DNA of 64,000 bases, from positions 21,314 through 85,313 of the forward strand of contig JAFQZM010000038.1 of assembly GCA_017405875.1 (NCBI GenBank), read 5' to 3'. Position numbers and translations under genes: made by a program. Below, in pieces: positions 38,563 through 47,801 of the stretch. Source of the DNA: a bacterium. GTDB taxonomy: Bacteria; UBP6; UBA1177. Numbering within the stretch: the stretch's first letter is position 1; every line of letters starts with the position of its first letter. The notes below the pieces were generated by a model that was given only the letters and a program-made list of their open reading frames with translations, searched no databases and was not told the DNA's origin.

Positions 38563-40257
38563 ATGGCAGCAAGGCGCAAAATAGGTGAACTTCTCGTCGA
38601 AAAAGGCTATATCGACGAGGCTGCGCTTTCCGAAGCCCTTGCAGCGCAGCACGCAGATAGAATGGGAACCGGCAAAATCGGTCAGCTTCTCGTTTCGGAA
38701 GGCAAAGTTACCGCTGAGCAGGTGACGGAAGTCTTTTCTGAGCAGAGCGGGATAAAACTCGTTACAGATGAAGACTTGAAAAAGCTTGATCCGGCAGTAC
38801 TCGGCGAATTTCCGATAGCTCTGGCGAAAAAATTCAAAGCGCTTCCTCTTTATGCCGATACTGACCTTCATGTCGTCATCACCGACATAGATATGCTGCT
38901 TTTCAACCAGCTTTTCATGATTTACCGCAAAAACGTCGTTTCGCTTCTTGTAACTCCGACCAAAATCAACGACATGATAAATCAGGCTTACAGCAGCGTT
39001 GACAACAAGGAGGAGGCTCTTAACGCCGAGGAGTTCGGCAAAATGGCGGACGAGGACGATACGATCCCCGACCTTATCGACTCCAACGACGACGCGCCTA
39101 TTATCAAGTTCGTGAACAACACGATCGCAAAGGCTGTAAAGGAAAAAGCGAGTGATATTCACTTTGAATCCTACGAAGACGAAGTTATCGTCCGTTTCAG
39201 AAAAGACGGCAAACTTTCAGTTGTTCAGCGCGTTCCGAAGGCTGCTCAGGCCGGTCTCATCACGAGAATCAAGATTATGAGCCGGCTCAACATTTCTGAA
39301 AAAAGGCTGCCGCAGGACGGAAACATCAAGGTCAAAATCGCCGGAAACGACATCGACTTCCGTGTTTCGACTCTTCCGAGCGTCCACGGCGAATCGATAG
39401 TTCTCCGTATTCTGGATAAAAGATCACAGAAACTTTCTCTTGACGAAAGCGGTTTCACGAAACGCGACCTTGAGATGATGAGAAAGATAATCCACATGAA
39501 ACACGGAATTTTTCTCGTCACCGGACCTACCGGAAGCGGTAAAACGACGACGCTTTATTCTGCTTTAACCGAGATAAATTCGCCTGATGTCAAGATAATC
39601 ACGGTCGAAGACCCGGTCGAGTATCAGATCAAAGGTGTTAACCAGATTCACATCAATTCCAAGATCGGTCTTACTTTCGCAAGCGGTCTCCGTTCGATTC
39701 TCCGTCAGGACCCGGATATCATCATGGTCGGTGAGATCCGTGATAAAGAGACGGCTGATATTGCTATCAACGCGTCGTTAACCGGTCACCTTGTTTTCTC
39801 GACGCTCCACACGAACGATGCTCCGACGGCATTCACCCGACTTATCGATATGGGAATCGAACCTTTCCTTATTTCTTCAACTGTCGTCGGCGTTCTTGCC
39901 CAGAGACTTGTAAGAAAGCTCTGCCCCGCCTGCAAAGAGGCTTACTATCCGCCGGCGGCTATTCTTGAAGAACTCGGACTTGATCCGAAAGAATACGCAA
40001 ATCATCCGTTCTACAAGGCTGTAGGATGCCCTGAATGCGGATATTCGGGATATAAGGGAAGAAGCGGTATTTTCGAACTTCTGATGATCGACGAAGAGCT
40101 GCGTCGTGCAGTTGTTGCACGTCAGGACGCAAGCGATATCCGCAAAATAGCCGCTTCAAACGGAATGCTCAATCTCCGTGAAGACGGTGCACTCAAGGCG
40201 ATAAAGGGAATAACCTCGCCCGAAGAAGTCCTTCTCAGAACGCAGGAGGATAAGTAA
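38563..40257 (+). CDS. gspE: Type II secretion/MSHA-type ATPase GspE with an N-terminal tandem MshEN (c-di-GMP-binding) domain
   Basis: Walker A GPTGSGKTTT, Asp/His boxes and a CPAC...CPEC tetracysteine. N-terminus has KIGELLVEKGYIDEAALSEALAAQ and KIGQLLVSEGKVTAEQVTEVFSEQ. Confidence 0.85.
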   Translation: MAARRKIGELLVEKGYIDEAALSEALAAQHADRMGTGKIGQLLVSEGKVTAEQVTEVFSEQSGIKLVTDEDLKKLDPAVLGEFPIALAKKFKALPLYADTDLHVVITDIDMLLFNQLFMIYRKNVVSLLVTPTKINDMINQAYSSVDNKEEALNAEEFGKMADEDDTIPDLIDSNDDAPIIKFVNNTIAKAVKEKASDIHFESYEDEVIVRFRKDGKLSVVQRVPKAAQAGLITRIKIMSRLNISEKRLPQDGNIKVKIAGNDIDFRVSTLPSVHGESIVLRILDKRSQKLSLDESGFTKRDLEMMRKIIHMKHGIFLVTGPTGSGKTTTLYSALTEINSPDVKIITVEDPVEYQIKGVNQIHINSKIGLTFASGLRSILRQDPDIIMVGEIRDKETADIAINASLTGHLVFSTLHTNDAPTAFTRLIDMGIEPFLISSTVVGVLAQRLVRKLCPACKEAYYPPAAILEELGLDPKEYANHPFYKAVGCPECGYSGYKGRSGIFELLMIDEELRRAVVARQDASDIRKIAASNGMLNLREDGALKAIKGITSPEEVLLRTQEDK

Positions 40258-41486
40258 TGCCGCTTTTTGCCTACAAAATAGTCGATGCAAACGGCAAAGA
40301 GAAGAAGGGAACGATCGAAAGTCCGAACAAAGCGGCAGTAAAAACGAAATTCCTTTCGGAAGGCTACTACATCACCGAAATCAGCGAAAAATCGGGTGCA
40401 CAGGGTTTCAGTCTCGATTTTTTGCGGAAAATGTTCTCTTTCGGCGCAAAAAAAGTGCCGCTTGACGAAGTTGCCTCGATGACAAGGCTTTTAGCTACGC
40501 TCCAGAAGGCGAAGATTCCGCTTGTCGAAGCGATCGACGCGGTCGCGCAGCAGCAGGAAAATCCTATAATGAAGGACGCCCTCATCATCATCAAGGGAAA
40601 GATGAACGAAGGTTACAGCTTCAGTAAAAGCGCGCGTGAATTCCCCAATATTTTTGATGACTTGTTCTGTAACATGATTGCGGCAGGAGAGGAATCGGGT
40701 GCGACTGACAAAGTTCTTATGAGACTTGCCGGATTCATGGAATCACAGGTCGATCTCAAAAACAAAGTCAAAAGTGCGATGACTTACCCGATAGTCCTCA
40801 TGATTGTCGCTATTCTGGTTGTCGGTGTTCTTTTCACGGTCGTAATCCCGAAACTTTCCAAAATGTTCGAAGATGTCAAAATGTCTCTGCCGATTCAGAC
40901 GAAAATCCTTCTCTGGCTTTCTGGTTTCATCGGAAGCTGGTGGTGGCTCATAGCGCTCATGATTTTCGGCGGTATCGTCGCTTTCAACAAATATGTCAAA
41001 ACTCCGAAAGGGGAAATATGGTGGAGCAGAGTCAAGATCAATGCTCCTGTTCTGGGCAGAGTCAACAGACAGGTTGCTATCAGCCGTTTCGCACAGACTC
41101 TTTCGACTCTTCTTCACTCCGGTGTTCCGATTCTGAACGCACTTGATATCGTCAAAAAGATCATTGACAACAAAATTCTTGAAAACGCTGTCGGAGTTGC
41201 CCGCGAAAACATCAAGGAAGGTGAATCGATCGCTCTTCCTCTCAAAAGAAGCGGCGAATTTCCGCCCATCGTAATCCAGATGATAGCGATCGGCGAGCAG
41301 AGCGGCGAACTTGAAGAAATGCTTGAAACTCTGGCTAATTCATACGAAAAGGAAGTCACATACACGATGGAAAAACTCACTTCGATGCTCGAACCGATGA
41401 TGATCGTTGCTCTTGCAGGAGTCATCGGCTTCATCGTTTTCTCGGTCGTCATGCCGATCCTCCAGCTCAACGACGCAGTCGGATAA
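40257..41486 (+). CDS. gspF: Type II secretion inner-membrane platform protein GspF
   Basis: 409 aa with two GspF/PilC repeats and 3 TM helices. ATG overlaps the gspE stop. Confidence 0.85.
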   Translation: MPLFAYKIVDANGKEKKGTIESPNKAAVKTKFLSEGYYITEISEKSGAQGFSLDFLRKMFSFGAKKVPLDEVASMTRLLATLQKAKIPLVEAIDAVAQQQENPIMKDALIIIKGKMNEGYSFSKSAREFPNIFDDLFCNMIAAGEESGATDKVLMRLAGFMESQVDLKNKVKSAMTYPIVLMIVAILVVGVLFTVVIPKLSKMFEDVKMSLPIQTKILLWLSGFIGSWWWLIALMIFGGIVAFNKYVKTPKGEIWWSRVKINAPVLGRVNRQVAISRFAQTLSTLLHSGVPILNALDIVKKIIDNKILENAVGVARENIKEGESIALPLKRSGEFPPIVIQMIAIGEQSGELEEMLETLANSYEKEVTYTMEKLTSMLEPMMIVALAGVIGFIVFSVVMPILQLNDAVG

Positions 41487-41568
41487 AAAGTTCTTCCGGC
41501 ACGGTAAACACTTGCCTTTTTCCGGTTTTTCCCTAAAATAATGCGTTTTTGATTTTTTGGTATTTGTA

Positions 41569-42024
41569 ATGGACAGAATAAAATCGGTTGCAAAAAACAA
41601 AAAGGCTTTCAGAGCTTACGAAATTCTTGATAAACTCGAAGCGGGAATCGTTCTTCAGGGAACGGAAATAAAGTCGATCAGAGAGGGCAATGTTTCGTTC
41701 AGAGACAGCTTCATCGACATCATAAACGGTGAAATGTGGCTTGTCGGTTTCTACATCGCGCCCTACAATGCCGGAAGCATCTGGAATCACGCCGCAGACA
41801 GGCGCAGAAAACTGCTTCTCAACAAGCGTGAGATCAGAAAATGGGATGCCAAAGTGCGCGAAAAAGGCTTCACGGTCGTGCCGATAGAGATCTATTTCAA
41901 AAACGGCAGGGCGAAAATGGAGATCGGACTTGCACGCGGAAAGACTTCGTTTGACAGAAAGGACGACCTGAAAGAAAAAGATATTAAGAAGGATAGCGAA
42001 AGATTTACCGAGAAATACAGATGA
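41569..42024 (+). CDS. smpB: SsrA-binding protein
   Basis: MDRIKSVAKNKKAFRAYEILDKLEAGIVLQGTEIKSIR is the SmpB signature. ATG at 41569. The track start is TTG. Confidence 0.85.
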   Translation: MDRIKSVAKNKKAFRAYEILDKLEAGIVLQGTEIKSIREGNVSFRDSFIDIINGEMWLVGFYIAPYNAGSIWNHAADRRRKLLLNKREIRKWDAKVREKGFTVVPIEIYFKNGRAKMEIGLARGKTSFDRKDDLKEKDIKKDSERFTEKYR

Positions 42025-42401
42025 ACACTCGCGAATCAGGAGCTGAAGCCGAATCTTTTACGGCAGACTGGCTTATGAAACAAGGATGGGAAATTCTCGA
42101 CAGGAACTTCTTCATGAAAGGAGGAGAACTCGATATCGTCGCAAAAAAGGATGACACGCTCGCTTTCGTCGAAGTCAGGAGCTGGGATCATCAGTTCTGG
42201 GACGGCGGCACTCCGCTTGAAACGATTCATCCGGCGAAAATAAAACACATAATAAAAACAGCTCTTTACTATATGAAAATCAAAAGAATCAAAATGCAGG
42301 ATTTCAACATCCGCTTTGATGTCGCTGGGCTCATAAAAAAGGACGACGGCGCTTTCGATATCGACTATATCGAAGCGGCTTTTGATGCAACGGGGTATTA
42401 G
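42021..42401 (+). CDS. yraN: YraN-family (UPF0102) putative endonuclease
   Basis: LMKQGWEILDRNF...GELDIVAKK...LAFVEVRS. It is in the conserved yraN-rsmI neighbourhood. Confidence 0.7.
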   Translation: MNTRESGAEAESFTADWLMKQGWEILDRNFFMKGGELDIVAKKDDTLAFVEVRSWDHQFWDGGTPLETIHPAKIKHIIKTALYYMKIKRIKMQDFNIRFDVAGLIKKDDGAFDIDYIEAAFDATGY

Positions 42402-42402
42402 C

Positions 42403-43197
42403 ATGGCGGGAACTCTTTTCGTAACTGCAACACCGATCGGAAACATGGGAGATATTACGGCGAGAGCCGTGTCAGTTCTTGAAAGCTGCGACATCGTTCT
42501 TGCAGAGGACAGCCGCGTTTCGGGAAACATGCTGAGCCGCCTCGGAATAAAAAAACCTGTTTTTTCATATCACAAATTTACAGAAAAAAAGTTCTTGGAG
42601 CAGCATCTCGTTGAGCTTAAAAGCGGCAAAAACATAGCTTTAATCAGCGATGCCGGAACTCCTGCAGTGAGCGACCCGGGGAAATTTTTAGTTAGAGCCG
42701 CGCTTGATGAAAACATTCCGGTCGTGCCTGTTCCCGGTGCAAGTGCCGCTGTTTCGGCTTTTTCATGCTGCGGCTCACTTGAAAATTCATTTGTTTTTGC
42801 AGGCTTTCTGCCGTCAAAAGGGGCTGAAAGAGTTGCAGAATGTGAAAAATTCCTCTCTTTCGGGCTTCCGGTAGTTTTTTACGAAGCTCCGACAAGAATA
42901 AAAGAACTGCTTGAAATGATTAAAGAAAAATGCGGCAGAATCGTTGTTGCGCGTGAACTTACGAAGCAGTTTGAGGAGATTTTCGTCTATACCGGCGGCG
43001 AAGTTAAGGAGAAAGGGGAGTTCACGGTCGTTGCCGAGCCTTTGAAAAAAGAAGAAAAAGTTGCAGAAATTGATGAAGATTTTCTTAATTTGATTGCAAA
43101 ATCGGGAATTTCGGCTAAAACTGCCTGTGAAATTGTTTCCCGGGTTTATCCCGGATTGAAAAAAAACGATTTGAAAAAGTTTTTTATGAATAACTAA
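42403..43197 (+). CDS. rsmI: 16S rRNA (cytidine1402-2'-O)-methyltransferase
   Basis: MAGTLFVTATPIGNMGDITARAVSVLESCDIVLAEDSR is the RsmI tetrapyrrole-methylase-like N-terminus. Confidence 0.8.
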   Translation: MAGTLFVTATPIGNMGDITARAVSVLESCDIVLAEDSRVSGNMLSRLGIKKPVFSYHKFTEKKFLEQHLVELKSGKNIALISDAGTPAVSDPGKFLVRAALDENIPVVPVPGASAAVSAFSCCGSLENSFVFAGFLPSKGAERVAECEKFLSFGLPVVFYEAPTRIKELLEMIKEKCGRIVVARELTKQFEEIFVYTGGEVKEKGEFTVVAEPLKKEEKVAEIDEDFLNLIAKSGISAKTACEIVSRVYPGLKKNDLKKFFMNN

Positions 43198-43222
43198 CTT
43201 ATTAATTTGATTGGAGATTGTT

Positions 43223-44254
43223 TTGGAAGTTGTCCGCAGATTCAGAAATCACTACTTTCTTTACTGTTACCTGCTTTTCCTTTGCATTATAGGTTCGTGT
43301 AACCTCAAAAATTCACATCAGGATCCGGAAGAAAGGGAAGGGGTCGAGGATATTGACGAAGATCTTGGCGAAGACGATGACGGTGTTGCCGGTTTCGATG
43401 CGGCAAATACCGGAAACGATACCGCTTTTGATGAAAGAGACGATATTGAAGTTGAAGATGAGGCAATTTTGACTGATGATGACGCCGTTTATGATGATGA
43501 AGTTGTGAATAACGACGATACCGGAAAGGATTTTCCCGATATGACCGGAACATGGGCAAATCTCACGATTTTCAAAGGTTCGGCAAAGGTCCCTCTTCTT
43601 GAAACCCTTCCTGCCTGGGCGGTAATGGTTTCAAAAGTTGACATACATTCTCAGGAAAACGGCATTCTGAGTGCTCACACCGAAATGTGCCGCCTCAAAA
43701 CAGGCGTAGGTACTTCTTTGATTTCAGCGGTGGTTCCTGACAGTTTCGCCGAAAGTCTCGGCAATGTAGATAAAACTTTTTATCTTTCTTACGGGGAAAA
43801 CGGTGAAATAAGATTTCATCAGGACAAGCTCTGGGAAGTGCGCTCATGCACTCTTGATGACCCCGAAAACGAAGATCTTCCGGCAGAAATTGATGATCCG
43901 AGGGTTTTCGATGCAGACGGAACAGGAATCAACGGTCTTAAAATAATGACGAAAAAAGCCATAGAGGGTGAGGCGGAGATACTCCAGAAAGTGAGCACGA
44001 TTCTGAACGGCGAACTTGACGAGAACGGCGAAGTTCACGGTATCGTGACATGGTTCGAGGCTCAGAGTGTCATGTGGTACAGCAATGCGCTTCTGAAAGA
44101 CGGTGCACCGACTTCTCCGGCAGGTGCCGATCCGAATGAAAGTGTTTTTATTTTCAAGAGAATAGACTCATCATGGGACTGCACGGCTGTAAAAGAAAAC
44201 AGTGCCGCGCTTTTTCCCGAGCAGGCTGCACTTTATCCTAAAGAATTTCAATAG
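43223..44254 (+). CDS. Hypothetical secreted or lipoprotein with a poly-acidic N-terminal linker
   Basis: TTG at 43223 follows GGAG. The signal-like RRFRNHYFLYCYLLFLCIIGSC is followed by a D/E-rich stretch. No known domain. Confidence 0.45.
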   Translation: MEVVRRFRNHYFLYCYLLFLCIIGSCNLKNSHQDPEEREGVEDIDEDLGEDDDGVAGFDAANTGNDTAFDERDDIEVEDEAILTDDDAVYDDEVVNNDDTGKDFPDMTGTWANLTIFKGSAKVPLLETLPAWAVMVSKVDIHSQENGILSAHTEMCRLKTGVGTSLISAVVPDSFAESLGNVDKTFYLSYGENGEIRFHQDKLWEVRSCTLDDPENEDLPAEIDDPRVFDADGTGINGLKIMTKKAIEGEAEILQKVSTILNGELDENGEVHGIVTWFEAQSVMWYSNALLKDGAPTSPAGADPNESVFIFKRIDSSWDCTAVKENSAALFPEQAALYPKEFQ

Positions 44255-44266
44255 TTGGAGGAAAAA

Positions 44267-45304
44267 ATGAGAGTTCTTATCACCGGCGGCGCAGGTTTTT
44301 TCGCGCTTCACATGACAAAAAAATGTGTTGAAATGGGTTGTGACGTTACGCTTCTCGACATTGCCGAATACCATGCGGAAGATTACGACAAATCGGTAAA
44401 ACTTGTAAACGGAGATGTCCGCGACGAAAAGAAAATGGACGAGCTCATCTCCCAGACCGACTGGGTTATCCACGCGGCGGCAGCTCTTCCGCTTGCAACG
44501 AGGGAAGAAATCTTTTCGACAAACGTTGACGGCAGCAGAAACGTTCTTTCTCTCTGCTACAAACATAAAGTGAAAAGAGTTGCTGTCATCTCTTCAACCG
44601 CGGTTTACGGTGTTCCCGACCATCATCCGCTTTTCGAAACAGACAAACTTGAAGGTGTCGGCAATTACGGCGAAAGCAAGGTCGCACTTGAGGGAATCTG
44701 CAACGAATACCGCGAAAAAGGGCTCTACATTTCGACGATCAGACCGAAGACCTTCATCGGAACATACCGCCTCGGCGTTTTCCAGATCCTTTACAACTGG
44801 GTCGAGGAAGGACACAAGATCCCGCTTATCGGAAACGGCAAAAACAGATACCAGCTTCTTGAAGTCGACGATCTCTGCGATGCGGTTTATCTTGCTCTTT
44901 CACACGAAGGCGATGACGCGAACGACATTTTCAACATCGGCGCAGTCAGCACGCTCACCGAAAACGAGTATGTCGGTGCTCTCTGCGAATACGCGAAAAG
45001 CGGTTCGAGAGTAATGCACACACCGGTATGGCTTGTAATTCCGGCACTTACGATTTTTGAAAAACTTCACCTTTCGCCGCTTTACAAGTGGGTTTACGGT
45101 ACGGCTCACACAGACAGTTTCGTTTCTGTCGACAAGGCAAGAAAAGTTTTGGGCTGGGAACCGAAATATGACGAATCCCAGGCTTTGATCAGAAGCTATC
45201 AGTGGTATATCGACAACAAAGGTTCGATCGCAAAAGGAACCGGAACGACCCACAGAATCGCATGGGCGCAGGGTATTCTCGCACTTTTCAAAAAATTCCT
45301 TTAA
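44267..45304 (+). CDS. NAD-dependent epimerase/dehydratase (extended SDR)
   Basis: MRVLITGGAGFFALH Rossmann motif and a YGESK catalytic motif. GGAGG RBS. Confidence 0.75.
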   Translation: MRVLITGGAGFFALHMTKKCVEMGCDVTLLDIAEYHAEDYDKSVKLVNGDVRDEKKMDELISQTDWVIHAAAALPLATREEIFSTNVDGSRNVLSLCYKHKVKRVAVISSTAVYGVPDHHPLFETDKLEGVGNYGESKVALEGICNEYREKGLYISTIRPKTFIGTYRLGVFQILYNWVEEGHKIPLIGNGKNRYQLLEVDDLCDAVYLALSHEGDDANDIFNIGAVSTLTENEYVGALCEYAKSGSRVMHTPVWLVIPALTIFEKLHLSPLYKWVYGTAHTDSFVSVDKARKVLGWEPKYDESQALIRSYQWYIDNKGSIAKGTGTTHRIAWAQGILALFKKFL

Positions 45305-45316
45305 TTCCGGCTTGAA

Positions 45317-46333
45317 ATGAGCGAAAACTATATTCTCGGCATAGAAAGCAGCTGCGACGATACTTCCGTCGCGGTCGTTTCGTCGGATTTTCACGTCCTC
45401 TCGGTAAAAACCGTTTCTCAGACGAGTGTTCACAGGCTTTTCGGCGGTGTCATTCCCGAAATCGCATCACGAAACCACTTGGCTTGGGTAATTCCGGCGG
45501 TCAATGCGGCTTTGCAGGATTCCGGCAAAACGAAAGACGACATTTCTGCGATCGCAGTCACGAACTATCCAGGACTCACAGGCAGCCTTCTCATCGGTGT
45601 CAGTGCGGCAAAAGGACTTGCTCTCGGCTGGAAAAAGCCGATAATCGCCGTAAACCATTTGAACGCACACATCGCTTCTGCCTTTTTAGAAAGGGAAAAG
45701 AGACCTGAATTTCCGTATCTCGCACTCGTAGTTTCGGGTGGTCACACATCTCTTATCGACATTTCTGAAAACGAAAGAACGGTTCTCGGTGAGACGATGG
45801 ACGATGCGGCGGGAGAGGCTTTCGACAAAATCGCGAAGATGGCTGATCTCGGATATCCGGGCGGACCTATAATCGACAAAATGGCGGCTACGGGCGATGC
45901 AAAGAAATATAACCTGCCGTATTTGCTTAAAAATAACAATAAATATGCCGATGACATCGTTTTTTCGTTCAGCGGAATAAAATCGGCAGTAAAGCGCTTT
46001 CTCGACGAAGGAGAAGTCGATATGCCGTCTCTAATGGCTTCGTTCCAAAGCAGGATAGTCGAACTTATCGAAAGAAAGGTTAAACTCGCTTTAAGCAGAA
46101 AAAAATATACCGCTTTCGTTGTTTCAGGCGGCGTCAGCGCAAACAGCGCAGTCAGAAAAATGGCTGAAAACATCGCTTCAAAATACGGGCTTGCACTCTA
46201 TATGCCCGAACTCAAATACTGTCAGGACAACGGTGCAATGGTCGCAGCAGCGGCAATGCCCGACTTCTTCAAAGGAAATTTCTCAGATCTCGATTTTGAC
46301 GTTTCTCCGACCGTAAGACCGAAGATTCACTGA
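45317..46333 (+). CDS. tsaD: tRNA N6-adenosine threonylcarbamoyltransferase
   Basis: ILGIESSCDDTSVAVV and HLNAHIAS motifs of Kae1/TsaD. Confidence 0.85.
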   Translation: MSENYILGIESSCDDTSVAVVSSDFHVLSVKTVSQTSVHRLFGGVIPEIASRNHLAWVIPAVNAALQDSGKTKDDISAIAVTNYPGLTGSLLIGVSAAKGLALGWKKPIIAVNHLNAHIASAFLEREKRPEFPYLALVVSGGHTSLIDISENERTVLGETMDDAAGEAFDKIAKMADLGYPGGPIIDKMAATGDAKKYNLPYLLKNNNKYADDIVFSFSGIKSAVKRFLDEGEVDMPSLMASFQSRIVELIERKVKLALSRKKYTAFVVSGGVSANSAVRKMAENIASKYGLALYMPELKYCQDNGAMVAAAAMPDFFKGNFSDLDFDVSPTVRPKIH

Positions 46334-46340
46334 ATTTTTG

Positions 46341-46370
46341 TCGTTATCTCGATATCTCGATATTTCGAGA
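46341..46370. repeat. Short palindromic repeat element (family copy D) between convergent tsaD and pilR
   Basis: TCGTTATCTCGATATCTCGATATTTCGAGAT shares the CTCGATAT and CGAGAT words with copies A-C. This copy has no GATC. Confidence 0.4.
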
Positions 46371-47801
46371 TTAGTCTTTCTCGTCTTTAATGCCGAGTTT
46401 GCTCATGCGGTATCTGAGCATTCTTTCAGTCAAATTAAGCAGAACGCAAGTGTCGTGACGGTTGTAATTTGTCTTTTTAAGTGCTTTAATTATATAGCGT
46501 TTTTCAATATCTGCCAAAATTTCGTCAAGATCTACGTTGTGAGAGAGGTCAACTTCGAAAGGATTGGATTTTGCGGTTTGCGGTTGAGCCATTGAAGGCA
46601 TCGTCTTTTCAAAGTGGGTCTCGGTAATAAGCCCGTCTTTCGCGAAAATTGTGCCGCGCTCGACGATGTTTTTGAGTTCCCTGACGTTACCTGGGAATGT
46701 GTAGTGATTCAAAAAGTTGAGAGTTTCTTCGGAAAATCTGAAATTTGTCCCCGTTTTCTTTGAAAACTGATCCAGAAACATGTTGGCAAGCGGCATTATG
46801 TCGGCGCGTCTTTCGGCAAGCGGCGGGATGTAAAGCTCGATTACATTCAGGCGGAAATATAAGTCTTCACGGAACTTTCCTTTTTTGATCTGCTCCTGAA
46901 GATTTTTGTTTGTTGCCGCGATAAGGCGTACTCCGGTCGGTATTTTTTCGGTGCCGCCGACTCTTGTGAAAACGCGCTCTTGAAGTACGCGGAGCAGTTT
47001 TACCTGCATGTTTTCACCGAGTTCGCCGATTTCATCCAGGAAAAGTGTGCCGTTTCCGGCTACTTCGAAGTAACCTTTTTTTGTCTGGTATGCACCGGTG
47101 AAAGAGCCTTTTTCATGACCGAAAAGTTCGCTTTCAAGAAGGTTTTCTGGGATCGCGCCGCAGTTTATCGGATACCACGGAAGTTCGCCGCGGCCGCTGT
47201 GTTTGTGGATGAAGTTGGCGAGAACTTCCTTTCCCGTTCCGCTGTCGCCGGTGATGAGAACCGTGCTGTCGGTCGGAGCGATGCGGAGTGCGAGTTCGAG
47301 GATTTTTTTCATCTGCGGGCTCTGCGCCACGATTCCGGTCTCTTCTGAAATATTCTGAAAATCGGTGTCAATCCGCTTTGTTTGCTGCACGGTTTTTGCG
47401 GGTTCGCTGTTTTTCTGCGTCTGTGCCGCCGCAACGCACTTTTTAACGATGTCGCGGATTTCTGCGACGTTGAAAGGTTTGCTGACATAGTCGACTGCAC
47501 CGAGTTCGATCGCCTTTATCGCCTGCTCGGTCGAAGCGTATGCGGTGATGACGATGACCTGTGATTTCGGGCTTGTGTGGAGAAGTTCGTTCAGAAGATC
47601 GATTCCGTCAATTGCCTCAGGCATATTGTAATCCATTAGAATTACTGTGAATTTTTCTTCTTTCAGTTTGTTTAGAGCGATTTCTCCGTTTTCTGCCGTC
47701 GTAACGTCATAGCCGTCTTTTTTCAGCAGAATCTGCAGAAACTGACGCATGCTGAGTTCGTCGTCAATAACTAAGATTTTAACTTTTTCGGATATCTCCA
47801 T
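46371..47801 (-). CDS. pilR: Sigma-54-dependent response regulator (NtrC family), PilR-like
   Basis: REC domain (ILVIDDE...D), an AAA+ sigma-54 activator with GSFTGA (GAFTGA variant) and a C-terminal Fis-type HTH. It overlaps the upstream sensor kinase by ATGA. Confidence 0.8.
   Translation of the reverse strand: MEISEKVKILVIDDELSMRQFLQILLKKDGYDVTTAENGEIALNKLKEEKFTVILMDYNMPEAIDGIDLLNELLHTSPKSQVIVITAYASTEQAIKAIELGAVDYVSKPFNVAEIRDIVKKCVAAAQTQKNSEPAKTVQQTKRIDTDFQNISEETGIVAQSPQMKKILELALRIAPTDSTVLITGDSGTGKEVLANFIHKHSGRGELPWYPINCGAIPENLLESELFGHEKGSFTGAYQTKKGYFEVAGNGTLFLDEIGELGENMQVKLLRVLQERVFTRVGGTEKIPTGVRLIAATNKNLQEQIKKGKFREDLYFRLNVIELYIPPLAERRADIMPLANMFLDQFSKKTGTNFRFSEETLNFLNHYTFPGNVRELKNIVERGTIFAKDGLITETHFEKTMPSMAQPQTAKSNPFEVDLSHNVDLDEILADIEKRYIIKALKKTNYNRHDTCVLLNLTERMLRYRMSKLGIKDEKD

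Noticed and set aside
41487-41568. Search for tmRNA or tRNA next to smpB and in other gaps
   Set aside because: No cloverleaf-compatible or tRNA-like sequence (GTTC..A / TTCGA arm and acceptor pairing) was recognisable in any intergenic region. ssrA is evidently elsewhere.
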